IMG/VR virus record: IMGVR_UViG_3300025158_000681
Source of the DNA: a virus
DNA length: 38,905 bases
Strand: one strand, 5' to 3'
In this document: in pieces, positions 9,664 through 19,349 of the stretch
How the letters are laid out: the number at the start of each line of letters is the position of its first letter
Position numbering within the stretch: the first letter of the stretch is position 1
Translations under genes and position numbers: made by a program
The notes under the pieces: generated by a model
What the model was told of the DNA's origin: nothing
Database searches by the model: none
The model's input: only the letters and a program-made list of their open reading frames with translations

Positions 9664-10482
9664 ATGAGTAAAGTTATTGTAGTTACTTCAGGGAAGGGTG
9701 GTGTCGGTAAAACGACAACAAGCGCAAGCATTTCTGCTGGACTAGCCCTAAAAGGTTTTAAAACTGTAGTTATTGATTTTGATGTAGGATTACGAAATCT
9801 TGACCTAGTAATGGGTTGTGAAAGACGTGTTGTTTTTGATCTTATTAATGTTATCAATGGTGAATCTAATTTGAACCAGGCTTTAATTAAAGATAAACAA
9901 TGTGAAAATCTATTTATATTGCCAGCTTCTCAAACTAGAGATAAAAACTTCTTGACAGAAGAAGGTGTGGAAAAAATAATTGAAGATCTTAAAACTATGG
10001 GGTTTGATTTTATCATTTGTGATTCTCCTGCTGGTATTGAAATTGGAGCACTTATGGCCATGAGGTTTGCAGATGAGGCTATTATTGTTACAAATCCAGA
10101 AGTTTCTTCCGTTAGAGATTCAGATAGAATTATTGGTATGTTATCTAGCAAAACTAAACTTTCTGAAAATGGTGGAACAGTTAAAACTCATTTATTTATT
10201 ACTCGTTATAATCCAACCAGGGTTGAAACTGGACAGATGTTATCTGTTGAAGACATTCATGATATTTTGAGAATTAATGTTTCTGCAATTATTCCAGAAA
10301 GCAAAACTGTTCTTCAATGCTCTAATCAAGGAGTTCCAGTAATTCATATGCATGATACTGATGTCTCTATTGCATATAAAGATGGTGTTGATAGAATTCT
10401 TGGTGAAACTATTGAAATGAAATTTATTACGGCAAAAAAGAAGAGCTTTTTTGAAAAACTCTTTAGTAAGGAGCAAGATTAA
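9664..10482 (+). CDS. minD: Septum site-determining ATPase MinD
   Basis: SGKGGVGKTT, DFDVGLRNLDLVMGCERRVVFD, LPASQTRDK, C-terminal amphipathic SFFEKLF. Confidence 0.98.
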   Translation: MSKVIVVTSGKGGVGKTTTSASISAGLALKGFKTVVIDFDVGLRNLDLVMGCERRVVFDLINVINGESNLNQALIKDKQCENLFILPASQTRDKNFLTEEGVEKIIEDLKTMGFDFIICDSPAGIEIGALMAMRFADEAIIVTNPEVSSVRDSDRIIGMLSSKTKLSENGGTVKTHLFITRYNPTRVETGQMLSVEDIHDILRINVSAIIPESKTVLQCSNQGVPVIHMHDTDVSIAYKDGVDRILGETIEMKFITAKKKSFFEKLFSKEQD

Positions 10483-10484
10483 TT

Positions 10485-10769
10485 ATGGCAAGACTAATAG
10501 ATATAATTAAAGCCTCTTTTGGACAAAAACAAAATCCAGCCTCTGCATCATTAGCAAAAGAAAGATTACAAATTATTATTGCTAGAGAACATTCTACTTC
10601 TCAAAAAAACTTTTTACCACAATTGGAGAAAGAGCTTCTTGATGTTATTAAAAAATATGTGAATATTAATGAAAAAAATATTCAAGTTTCACTTAATAAA
10701 GATGGTGATATTGAAATACTTGATGTTAATATAATTATTGACAATGATAGTCTTAAATTAAAAAAATAA
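10485..10769 (+). CDS. minE: Cell division topological specificity factor MinE
   Basis: SASLAKERLQIIIARE, FLPQLEKELLDVIKKYV; adjacent to minD. Confidence 0.95.
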   Translation: MARLIDIIKASFGQKQNPASASLAKERLQIIIAREHSTSQKNFLPQLEKELLDVIKKYVNINEKNIQVSLNKDGDIEILDVNIIIDNDSLKLKK

Positions 10770-10814
10770 TAATAATTAAGACTTAATTAAAAACACCTAA
10801 TATTTACTTATTAG

Positions 10815-10941
10815 CAAGCCCCTCTGAAACCTTGTTGAAAAACAAGTCGCTTGGTAGGGGTTGTTAAACCAAGCTGATAAACCTACACTTCCAAAGATAG
10901 CTTATGCTAGCTTTGGTTCTACTCAAAAGGATTAATCTCTT
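10815..10941 (-). ncRNA. Putative reRNA scaffold, copy 3
   Basis: Repeat overlaps the stop codon of ORF 10919-11119 and ends gaggggcttg, as expected for a TnpB right-end RNA. Confidence 0.55.
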
Positions 10942-11639
10942 GAGCAGATTGTGGTTTAACTACCGTAGGTTGAATATAATCCATTATGTTTTTATACCAA
11001 TGATTTCTATTCTTTCTTAAAGCTGAATAAACTTCATTCCATTTCAACTCACCTACAAACAACCTATTGCTCTGCTTGGGTTGTTTGTGATAAGGGAATT
11101 TAATTTCTTCTTGATACATCTTCTTAAAACTTACATTATTTTCAGTTTTTTATTTACTTTATTGTTAGCCTTAGTTAATTTTATATTTAAATAATATAAT
11201 TTAGTTCTTAGTTTAGCTAGGTTATTTTTATCAACTACTGTTTAAATATAATCTTTCTTAGCCATTTTGATAACTAAATCAGATAAAGTTTTTTTTTAGA
11301 TTTAATAGCTTTATATAAAGATAAAATATTATCTTTAGTATCTTCAATATAACCTTTATTTAACTCTAATACTGAATTAATTTTACCTGATAATTCAATA
11401 GAAATTGAATTATATTGTCTTGCATTAATTTGATATTTAGTTTGGTAACTAGACTTTAATTCATTAATCTTAGACTTAGGCAATATATCAACTTTATTCT
11501 TAATTTTATAAGAAATAATATCTTTATATAATTTACGTTGAATATAATTATGCAATACAACAACTTTATCTAATTGAGTTTTAATTTCAATTAGATTATA
11601 CTGATTTTCAAGTAATGTTGAAGTTAATGTTGTTTGCAT
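10815..11639 (-). mobile_element. tnpB: Degenerate, internally deleted IS200/IS605-type element (tnpB-related remnant plus right end)
   Basis: N-terminal LKSSYQTKYQINARQYNSI..ELSGKINS resembles TnpB-related accessory proteins; frameshifts and stops between 11119 and 11274; C-terminal fragment runs into the repeated right end; no RuvC seen. Confidence 0.65.
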
Positions 11640-11810
11640 TTAGTTTAAATATTTAACCAGTAATGTAAACTAAATCTATTGTTTTAGCAAGTTGTTTTAT
11701 TTGTAAATTTATCAAATGAATAGGTTTGATTAACTTTTTCTATATCTGCAAGTTACCCTAAAAAAACAAAAGCATTGATATAGTAATGACTTTTGCCATT
11801 TTTTGTTTAT

Positions 11811-12056
11811 TCATGACAATTCCTTTAATTTAATTCCAAAACTAGCCCCTAACTTCTTTTGCCACATAATTATTTCTCTTAAACTAATAGTTCCATCCTC
11901 AGATGCATTTATATCCTTAATCATTAATCCACCAGCAATAATAATTTCTTTTGATAATAATTGAATAAACATTTCTAACCAACCATCCTCATCTGCTTTA
12001 CTTTCTAAGGTTAGTTCATTTGTTTTTTCAATAATTTTACCTATTTTTTCGTTCAT
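11811..12056 (-). CDS. Hypothetical phage protein
   Basis: ORF track, SD-like agag. Confidence 0.6.
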   Translation of the reverse strand: MNEKIGKIIEKTNELTLESKADEDGWLEMFIQLLSKEIIIAGGLMIKDINASEDGTISLREIIMWQKKLGASFGIKLKELS

Positions 12057-12304
12057 ATATAACTCTCTTTTTAATAGGCTATTATTATGCCCTAGTTTGT
12101 AAAAAAAATAAACTATTTATTTAAAATAAATTTATTTTAGTAACACAGCCTTAAAATCAATCATCATTTCTTTCATTGAACCACGGTAATACCAAATCAA
12201 GCCACACATTAAATAAAGAGATAATGATGCATGGGCATTTACTTCACGCATTAATTCAAGGGCCATAGGTGATTTAAAGCTCCAATATATCCAATAACAA
12301 CCAT

Positions 12305-12637
12305 CTACAGCAAACTTAATCTAGTGCTGTGCTCTTCACCTGTCCATTCTTCTGGCGTTCTAATGTCGTCTCCGTAGTCAAGAATAAAAGGCTCGGTGTC
12401 ACGCTCTCCAATCAGGAACTTTGCACACTCTGCTGCCCATGCAACACGATTCCAAAGCTCGCCTCGCGCAAGACTAATACCTCCACAGTTTCCGACTAGA
12501 CCATCCCATTTATCTACTCGCACCAAAAGTGCTGTCCAATTTCGTTTCCCGTTGGACTCTGGAAAGCTAGTCAGCCGCACAGTCAATTTAGGTTGCACAC
12601 CAATAGCCGACTTGAGAACGTCTTTCATATCTTTCAC
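12305..12637 (-). CDS. Hypothetical protein, GC content above background
   Basis: ORF track. Confidence 0.65.
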   Translation of the reverse strand: MKDMKDVLKSAIGVQPKLTVRLTSFPESNGKRNWTALLVRVDKWDGLVGNCGGISLARGELWNRVAWAAECAKFLIGERDTEPFILDYGDDIRTPEEWTGEEHSTRLSLL

Positions 12638-12680
12638 ATTTAACTTTCAACACATTATTCCGTAGATCCAAAATTAATAG

Positions 12681-12757
12681 TGGTGCGACATGCTGGGTTC
12701 GAACCAGCGACCCAAGGATTATGAGTCCTTTGCTCTAACCAACTGAGCTAATGTCGC
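12681..12757 (-). tRNA. tRNA with CAT anticodon (Ile2-like; Met not excluded), copy A
   Basis: Cloverleaf, loop CTCATAA, T arm GTCGCTGGTTCGAA resembling enterobacterial tRNA-Ile2, CCA. Confidence 0.9.
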
Positions 12758-12823
12758 ATAAGATTTTACATTTCTGTAAGTGACCTAATTAAGATTATTA
12801 TAGCATATATTGTCTATGTTTTT

Positions 12824-13342
12824 TTAAATACTATATGGATTTTTCTTCTTCTTTGTATTTTTATTTTGTTCTTTTTGCATTTCTGTTTCAATTTCTTTTG
12901 CATACTCTTGATTAGAATTGGCAATTTTAATTGGAAAAATAAACCCATAGCCGAAAAGTTTCTGATTAAGAGCAGCTGCATCTTTCCAATCTTCAACTTC
13001 TCCATCCGAAGAAATGGCAAAATGATTTGGAGCATGATGTTCCACAATCATTAATGTTGCTGTTACAGCTAAATCGTATGGGTTTTGTGCAGTTTTACAA
13101 AAATTAAATTGAGAATCAAATCCTTTACTAATAGCAAAGGTTTCATACTCTTCATCACCTACACCATTAAAATTAATATAACCAGCAACTTCATCAACCA
13201 TTACCTTACTAGGGTGATTGGAAGTAAGTTTAATTTTTGATTTTTTAAGACCACTAATAATAACCTTTGTATCTTTGCAAATGTTGCTCCAAGCATCATC
13301 TGAAATTTCTTTTTTTTGTTGGAAGTAGTGAGTGTATCCCAT
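12824..13342 (-). CDS. Conserved phage hypothetical (MGYTHY...FCKT..PYD family)
   Basis: Motif recognition. Confidence 0.75.
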   Translation of the reverse strand: MGYTHYFQQKKEISDDAWSNICKDTKVIISGLKKSKIKLTSNHPSKVMVDEVAGYINFNGVGDEEYETFAISKGFDSQFNFCKTAQNPYDLAVTATLMIVEHHAPNHFAISSDGEVEDWKDAAALNQKLFGYGFIFPIKIANSNQEYAKEIETEMQKEQNKNTKKKKNPYSI

Positions 13343-13416
13343 TATGTTTTCCTAAGTTTGTTTAGATGATTAATTATATCACATTATCTTTGTATTTTAT
13401 GAATAATTACCTTTAA

Positions 13417-13593
13417 TCAGTCACTAAAAACTAAATTTTGTGGACCATAATTAAAAGAGGTTGGACTAATTTCCAATTTTGTTCCATCAGTGAAATGAAA
13501 GATACAAGTATGCACACTTCCATCTTCAAGAGAGGTTTCAGAAACATCAATAGTTTCAATCTTTTTTCCAACACAATCTAATAGAGTTTTCAT
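13417..13593 (-). CDS. Small hypothetical protein (58 aa, MKTLLDCVGKKIETI...)
   Basis: Manual translation; SD aagga upstream. Confidence 0.55.
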   Translation of the reverse strand: MKTLLDCVGKKIETIDVSETSLEDGSVHTCIFHFTDGTKLEISPTSFNYGPQNLVFSD

Positions 13594-13613
13594 TTTTTTC
13601 CTTTAAAAATATT

Positions 13614-13690
13614 TGGTGCGACGTGCTGGACTCGAACCAGCGACCCAAGGATTATGAGTCCTTTGCTCTAACCAACTGAGCTAACGTCGC
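13614..13690 (-). tRNA. tRNA(CAT), Ile2-like, copy B
   Basis: Near-identical to copy A. Confidence 0.9.
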
Positions 13691-13770
13691 ATAAGATTTT
13701 AAATTTCTGTAAGTGACCTAATTTAGATTAATTATACCTCAAAAATTACCCCTTTTTTATAATTTCATAT

Positions 13771-14103
13771 TTAAATTTTAATTGTTTTTGTATTCACACC
13801 TAAATTAACATTTAACCTATCTTTTAAGGTATATAAATCATTTTCCATAACTAATTCCTCATAAGTTTTAATAGGTTGATATTTCCATAACAATGGATTA
13901 TCATTTAAAAAAATTATTTCATTAACTTCTTCTGGAATATAATATAATGTATTTAATTTGTTATAACTACAGTTAAAATGTCCATCAATTTTTTGTGGAC
14001 AATACTTTAAACTTGTTAATTGATTATCCCCACAATTAAAACCACCAATTATCTTAGATTTATTTAACCAGACTTCTATTTCTTGTTTTGTTTTAAATTT
14101 CAT
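13771..14103 (-). CDS. Short leucine-rich-repeat protein
   Basis: FNCGDNQLTSLKYCP and FNCSYNKLNTL repeats. Confidence 0.7.
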   Translation of the reverse strand: MKFKTKQEIEVWLNKSKIIGGFNCGDNQLTSLKYCPQKIDGHFNCSYNKLNTLYYIPEEVNEIIFLNDNPLLWKYQPIKTYEELVMENDLYTLKDRLNVNLGVNTKTIKI

Positions 14104-14120
14104 TCTTTTATTAACAATAA

Positions 14121-14459
14121 TTAAATAAATTTTAGCTTAATATCTAGTCCTTTAGTGCGAGTTAGTTCAAAATTACCAATTAAACTATTAATAAAATTTA
14201 AATCTTCTTCTGTCCCCATTTGTCTAGCCATTTTAAAAATTTCAAAACTTATTTTTTTTTGCTTATTTAATTTGTTGATCGCTATGTTAATTGCAATGCG
14301 TTTATTATGAACATCCACACTTCTCTCCCGTAGTTCCTTGAGTTTCACCTCATCTTTTTCTTTTGGCATGCAAGCCTCACAAACCTCTTTTGAAATCTGT
14401 TTAAGAATTTGATTTGTATTCTCCCAATCCTTATGTATGTTGGAAAGTTCTGTGTTCAT
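14121..14459 (-). CDS. Hypothetical protein
   Basis: ORF track. Confidence 0.6.
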   Translation of the reverse strand: MNTELSNIHKDWENTNQILKQISKEVCEACMPKEKDEVKLKELRERSVDVHNKRIAINIAINKLNKQKKISFEIFKMARQMGTEEDLNFINSLIGNFELTRTKGLDIKLKFI

Positions 14460-14474
14460 TTTTTCTTTCTACTT

Positions 14475-15090
14475 TTAATTTTTTAACAACTCTAACATCG
14501 CTTTTGTTTGGTTAGCTACATCTTCATATTCTTTTAGTTTATCTTCAAGAAATTTTTGAGTATCAAAATTTAAACTACCGTGATTACTTGTAACCAACCT
14601 TTTACTCCCATTATCATTTACAACCCAAGCTAAAGAATCACTTTCCCAACCAGACCAAAGAACATCACACATGGTTAATGCTTTAAACTGTTCTCCATTA
14701 ACAGTAATATTTAATGCTTCCTGGAGTCTTTTTTCTTCTTTAATTTTATAAAACTTTTCTATGTTTTCTTTATTAAAGTCTGAAAAACATTTAGTGCAAA
14801 CAGATTCAAAAATTTCTTTATAACTTTTGACCAATTCTCTGTTCTCTTCCTTTTCTAAAGGGTCATCATTACTTCCATAAACATAATCACCACGAATTTA
14901 TTTAATTAATTCAATAATAGGTGTATATTTTTCTTTATAGTAAGAAGCATATATTTCTTGAATCCAACTATAAACATCTTCAACACTTTTATCTTTAATA
15001 TAATTCAATTCAAAATAGAAGTCTCAGAAGCAATTGGTTCTTTATTAAAAAACTCGATACAAAACTTTTTATAATCTTTAACTTCCATAA
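14475..15090 (-). pseudogene. Disrupted hypothetical gene; 3' part is ORF 14475-14834
   Basis: Reading frame continues upstream through an in-frame TAA near 14899 and a frameshift near 15020 to an ATG near 15090. Confidence 0.5.
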
Positions 15091-15104
15091 TTCGCTTTCT
15101 TTTT

Positions 15105-15638
15105 TTAAAATCTGATAATGTTTGCACTTAGAGCTTGGGAACTTTTCATACGATATTTATAACCATCGCACTCTACCATATATCCACGACGACCAAGCAC
15201 CTCATTCACTTTATAGTCTTTCCCATTGTAAAATAAATTCATGCCTTCTGTAATTTTAGGCTTATTTTTTTTGCTATAAATTTTTGAATTACAACGATTA
15301 CGCCAATTAGTAGCATATTCATTATCTGTTGGTGTTAGAAGCTTAAGAATTCGTGCCGGACAACTATCTTCATTTGGTCCCATTGATTCAGTCATGTCTT
15401 TATATCCAAAATTATAATAACCCTTAGCATAATTTAGCAAATAAACCACAGCAAAAACAGTGCGCTCTCCAGTTTTCAAATCAATCCGTTCAACAGCACC
15501 ATAATAAGTCCTAAAACTCACAACTCCACCATCTAAAACTGTATATTTTGCATCAGGATTATTCCAAACTAACAACTCTTTTGCAATGTATTTTCCAGCA
15601 GAAATATGTTTGTCTTTATTCAGATATGTCCAACCCAT
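15105..15638 (-). CDS. Conserved mobile-element protein (DUF6927-like from memory)
   Basis: MGW start, FGYKDMTESMGP..CP..IL.LL, WR motif. Confidence 0.7.
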   Translation of the reverse strand: MGWTYLNKDKHISAGKYIAKELLVWNNPDAKYTVLDGGVVSFRTYYGAVERIDLKTGERTVFAVVYLLNYAKGYYNFGYKDMTESMGPNEDSCPARILKLLTPTDNEYATNWRNRCNSKIYSKKNKPKITEGMNLFYNGKDYKVNEVLGRRGYMVECDGYKYRMKSSQALSANIIRF

Positions 15639-15770
15639 GATTGTCTCCTAAGTTTATTTCAATGATTGAATTATACCACTATTTGAGAGGAAAATAAAAA
15701 ATAATTTATCATTAAAATTTATAAAAAAACCTTAATTATGATATAATTAATTTTTTAAAAAAGAGGTTCT

Positions 15771-16454
15771 ATGTCTAGTATTGATGTTGTTGATAATGTT
15801 CATTGTGCTAATCTTCACTTGGAAAACTCTAATATTCCAATCTATTGGGTTCAAAGTGTTTTAAAACATGATAGAACAAAGTGTGATGTTACTCCAAAAG
15901 ACTTAATGGTCGGCGGTGGTAGTGGTGAGCATCCAGCTTTGCACATTAAAAATGCAGATTTACTTCCATTATGGTTGTTATTGAGAAATATGGAAAATGA
16001 AGATTGCTCATTAAGCAATGCAGAGTCTTTAGAACTAATGTTTTTTGATAAATTAAAATCACGTGCAAAAACAACTATGGAACAAAAAAACTATGAAGAT
16101 TTTCCATATCAATTTGATAATTTTATGTGCATTGCTGATTGGTCACTATCAACATTAGGTAAAGTGGAAAATACCTTTATTCAATCACCTATTAAGGATG
16201 AACTTTCATCTTATGCTGAAGTTTCCCTATTGGTAAGCTTGGCAATTTTTGTAATGTTTGATATGCCAAAACAATTTTTTGAGGATGATGCATATGAAAT
16301 TATGGAAAATCTTAAAAAAATCAATAAAAATAATTATTTAAGTATGTTTACTATTTCTTCTCCATTAAATAGTCAAAAAATGGGGCGCACTATTAAGAAT
16401 GGAAAGGTTATTGGGGGATACTCTTTAACTGACTATTGTTCTATAAATCACTAA
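15771..16454 (+). CDS. Hypothetical protein
   Basis: 227-aa ORF after TGnTATAAT and gagg. Confidence 0.75.
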   Translation: MSSIDVVDNVHCANLHLENSNIPIYWVQSVLKHDRTKCDVTPKDLMVGGGSGEHPALHIKNADLLPLWLLLRNMENEDCSLSNAESLELMFFDKLKSRAKTTMEQKNYEDFPYQFDNFMCIADWSLSTLGKVENTFIQSPIKDELSSYAEVSLLVSLAIFVMFDMPKQFFEDDAYEIMENLKKINKNNYLSMFTISSPLNSQKMGRTIKNGKVIGGYSLTDYCSINH

Positions 16455-16883
16455 CTCCTTCACAATCTACTATGCATATTGTGATATAATTGCTTATCAA
16501 AAAATTCACTCAAGGATACACCATGTCTAATTCAAATACTTTATCAAAAAAAAAATTTTAAATTTACGTTCTGGATAAACATATTGGGAAGTGAAAAAAA
16601 ATCAATTTGGGCTATATCGTGTAATTAATTTATCTCCACTAGGGAAAAAAGTTAAAAGCTATTTGAACCCATCATCAAACATTTTTTGTAAATGTTTATT
16701 TTTTAGTGCTGATAAAACAATCACTTTTTCCTCTGTGTCTCCATCACAGCTTTCAATTAATTTAGCCTTATCAATATCCGATGCAGGATTTCCTCTTAAT
16801 AAAATCCACATTAAACAAGCAGAAATTAGCATTACTAAAAAACACTCAGAATATTTTCAAAAATATACATATTTGTTCCTTTT

Positions 16884-17108
16884 TTAACGAAAATAAGAAA
16901 TGTTATTTAATAATTCTTCTTTCATAATGCTTTTAGCTGAAGCTAAAGTATTTATTCCAGTACATGCTTGAATCTTGTTTGTAGGAATATGATAAACGAT
17001 ATAGCCTTTATATCTTTTTTCAACCCTCCAATTTCCAGTTGAATCTGACCATGTTTGGTCTTTACCTTTTTTTAATCCTAATGCAGTTGCAATATTATTA
17101 TTTGACAT
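16884..17108 (-). CDS. Hypothetical protein
   Basis: ORF track, SD aaggg. Confidence 0.6.
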   Translation of the reverse strand: MSNNNIATALGLKKGKDQTWSDSTGNWRVEKRYKGYIVYHIPTNKIQACTGINTLASAKSIMKEELLNNISYFR

Positions 17109-17284
17109 ATTTAACCCTTTTTAAAATATAGTAAATAAATTTGAGTAATGAAAATATTGATTATTGATTCGTTTAAACTATACACGCATTATACGATAGT
17201 CCTAGGAGAATTACTTAATAAACGGTAAGCACGTCGAAAATTCTTTTATCTTATTTACAATAATCAAAATCTTTTTTCTATTTA

Positions 17285-17401
17285 AACAGTTAGCAGGAAT
17301 CGAACCTACATTTCAGGTGTTTACTAAATTGATAGTCTCTGTGTACTTTAGAGTAGTTCCACTTGTTTCAACCCTGCGTCTTCCCATTGGACTATAACCA
17401 T
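17285..17401 (-). ncRNA. tRNA-like RNA (Phe GAA-like) with about 46 extra nt in the anticodon arm
   Basis: Acceptor atggtta/taactgt, D arm gtc/gac, T arm gtagg-ttcgatt-cctgc, anticodon stem cagg/cctg; no CCA. Confidence 0.6.
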
Positions 17402-17689
17402 AAAAAAGTGTTTTGTTTATATAGTAATTGGAAAACACTTTTTTATGAATATAACTTAGTCTATTATATAACAAACATTACTTTATTTGTTAGTTTTATT
17501 AAAAATAACTAAATTAATCTTCCTCTATTAAAATTCTTTCAAACTTAATACTTCCATGAATTCGTCGTTCAATTTGAAACCATAATTTTCGATGAATATT
17601 TTCAAAAACATGATGAACAACAATTTTCTCATCTTCATTAACTTTTTTAACAAAACTTTTTAATAGTAATTGTTCACTTTTAGTTGGCC

Positions 17690-17930
17690 GATAATTTTTT
17701 TCATTAATAATATCTTAAAGTATTGGATTTTGCCATTTTCTTTTTATGTGGAGTAGCACTTATTGTTTTTGATGTATTACAAATTGGACAATTTACATAA
17801 TAAATTTCACGATTTTCATATTCATCATAGTCTGGTAGTTCTTCTTTGTATTTTAGATCAGAATCTTCATATTCTGCAACACATCCACAGTTACGACAAG
17901 TAAATGTATTTTATGGTTTTGAAAGTATTT
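17690..17930 (-). pseudogene. Zinc-ribbon protein remnant (CxxC...CxxC)
   Basis: ...KP*NTFTCRNCGCVAEY...VNCPICNTS; in-frame TAA, no ATG; boundaries approximate. Confidence 0.5.
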
Positions 17931-17972
17931 TTATAAATAATATCTCTTTACTTAATATTATTAACTAATCTA

Positions 17973-18058
17973 TGGTGGACAGGGCTGGATTCGAACCAGC
18001 GTAGCCTTTCGGCGTCAGATTTACAGTCTGATGGTTTTAACCACTCACCCACCTGTCC
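17973..18058 (-). tRNA. tRNA-Tyr(GTA)
   Basis: Cloverleaf, loop CTGTAAA, long variable arm, CCA. Confidence 0.95.
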
Positions 18059-18354
18059 ATATTGGTATTATAACATATATTTATGATATTTATGATATTT
18101 AATTTCTGTTACTCCAGGAACTGCACTTATATTTTTTGGTTCCTTATTTTATGTATAATTAAGCCAAAAGTCATGATTTTAATAAAAATGACTTAACTTC
18201 CCATTAATTAATAAATTTTAATTTAACACTTTAATTTTGAATTTATACTATTATTAACTTTTAAAGTTTTTTCTCTTAACTTGGTAACTTCTTCAACAAT
18301 TAATTTTTTTACACCATTTGCTAATGAACCAAATATTTAATTAAGTTTATCATT

Positions 18355-18771
18355 TTAGTCTTCTTTTTTAATTAATTTCCAAATTTGTTTAGCTTTAGAA
18401 ATTTGAATTGGTCCAGCACTATAACTATTTTTTGAAAAAAATGATAACTCACCATCACCATATGAATCTGTAACAGTTGATTGAATCATTTCTCCACCAT
18501 ATAAGAACAGATAAGATTGAATTTCATTTGTCTTAAAATTATTTACTTTTACTTCTTCTTTAGTAATCTCAACTAATTCAATGCTTTTAGAAAGACTTTC
18601 TTTGTAGTAATTAACTAAGTAAATAGCATCTTTTTCTTCAAAATTTAATTCATTAATTAGAAAATCTTCAGCCTTTTCAAAATCTTGTTGAGAAATCATA
18701 GCATTAAAACAGCTAATAATCATTGAATTACCTGCATATTTATTAAAAATTTCTCTTGTTTTTTCATTCAT
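18355..18771 (-). CDS. Hypothetical protein
   Basis: ORF track. Confidence 0.65.
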   Translation of the reverse strand: MNEKTREIFNKYAGNSMIISCFNAMISQQDFEKAEDFLINELNFEEKDAIYLVNYYKESLSKSIELVEITKEEVKVNNFKTNEIQSYLFLYGGEMIQSTVTDSYGDGELSFFSKNSYSAGPIQISKAKQIWKLIKKED

Positions 18772-18829
18772 ATTTTCGCCCTAAAAGTGATTCCCAACTA
18801 TTATTGTAGCATACTATTATTAAAATACC

Positions 18830-19054
18830 TTACCATTTTCCATATGGGTTTTCTTCCTCATCGTCTTTATTAATTAATGTATTTGATTCTCCCCCTTTTT
18901 CATATATAGCTCCCTCTAAAAGCCCTTTTAAAATCATTAATTCTTGAAGGCTTGGGTCACGAAACCCATCAAACTCACCATATGAGTGATATAGACCATA
19001 CTTTTTTACTTTTAATAAAAACTCTTGTGTAATTGGTGTAATTTCTTGACTCAT
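18830..19054 (-). CDS. Hypothetical protein
   Basis: ORF track, SD aagga. Confidence 0.6.
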   Translation of the reverse strand: MSQEITPITQEFLLKVKKYGLYHSYGEFDGFRDPSLQELMILKGLLEGAIYEKGGESNTLINKDDEEENPYGKW

Positions 19055-19170
19055 TATTTTTTCCTTAAATATTTTAAAATATGCAATTTATTAAGCTAAG
19101 TAAAATTATAACATGCTTATTCTTTTTTTATTGAAAATAGTTAAATTTATTAATATTTCTACTAAATCTG

Positions 19171-19349
19171 TGCTATAATCATGTCATGAATTAGAAATAA
19201 TTCTTGGTGTCTCACCAGCAGTATTCCTCAAATGGCAAACGAGATTAGTTAAAAACGATGTTAGATTTACAACCAATTTGGTTGGCAATCAAATTAACGA
19301 GGAACGATTTGTACCGTAATGGACCAACCAATTTAATTGGAGAATTAAT
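19171..19349 (+). promoter_or_regulatory. Extended -10 promoter followed by a long structured 5' leader
   Basis: TGcTATAAT at 19171-19179; several helices, including one covering the SD. Confidence 0.5.

Noticed and set aside
8753-12665. Track ORFs 8753-9046, 9627-9857, 9930-10151, 10067-10270, 10240-10476 and 12396-12665
   Set aside because: Antisense or alternate-frame shadows of well-supported genes
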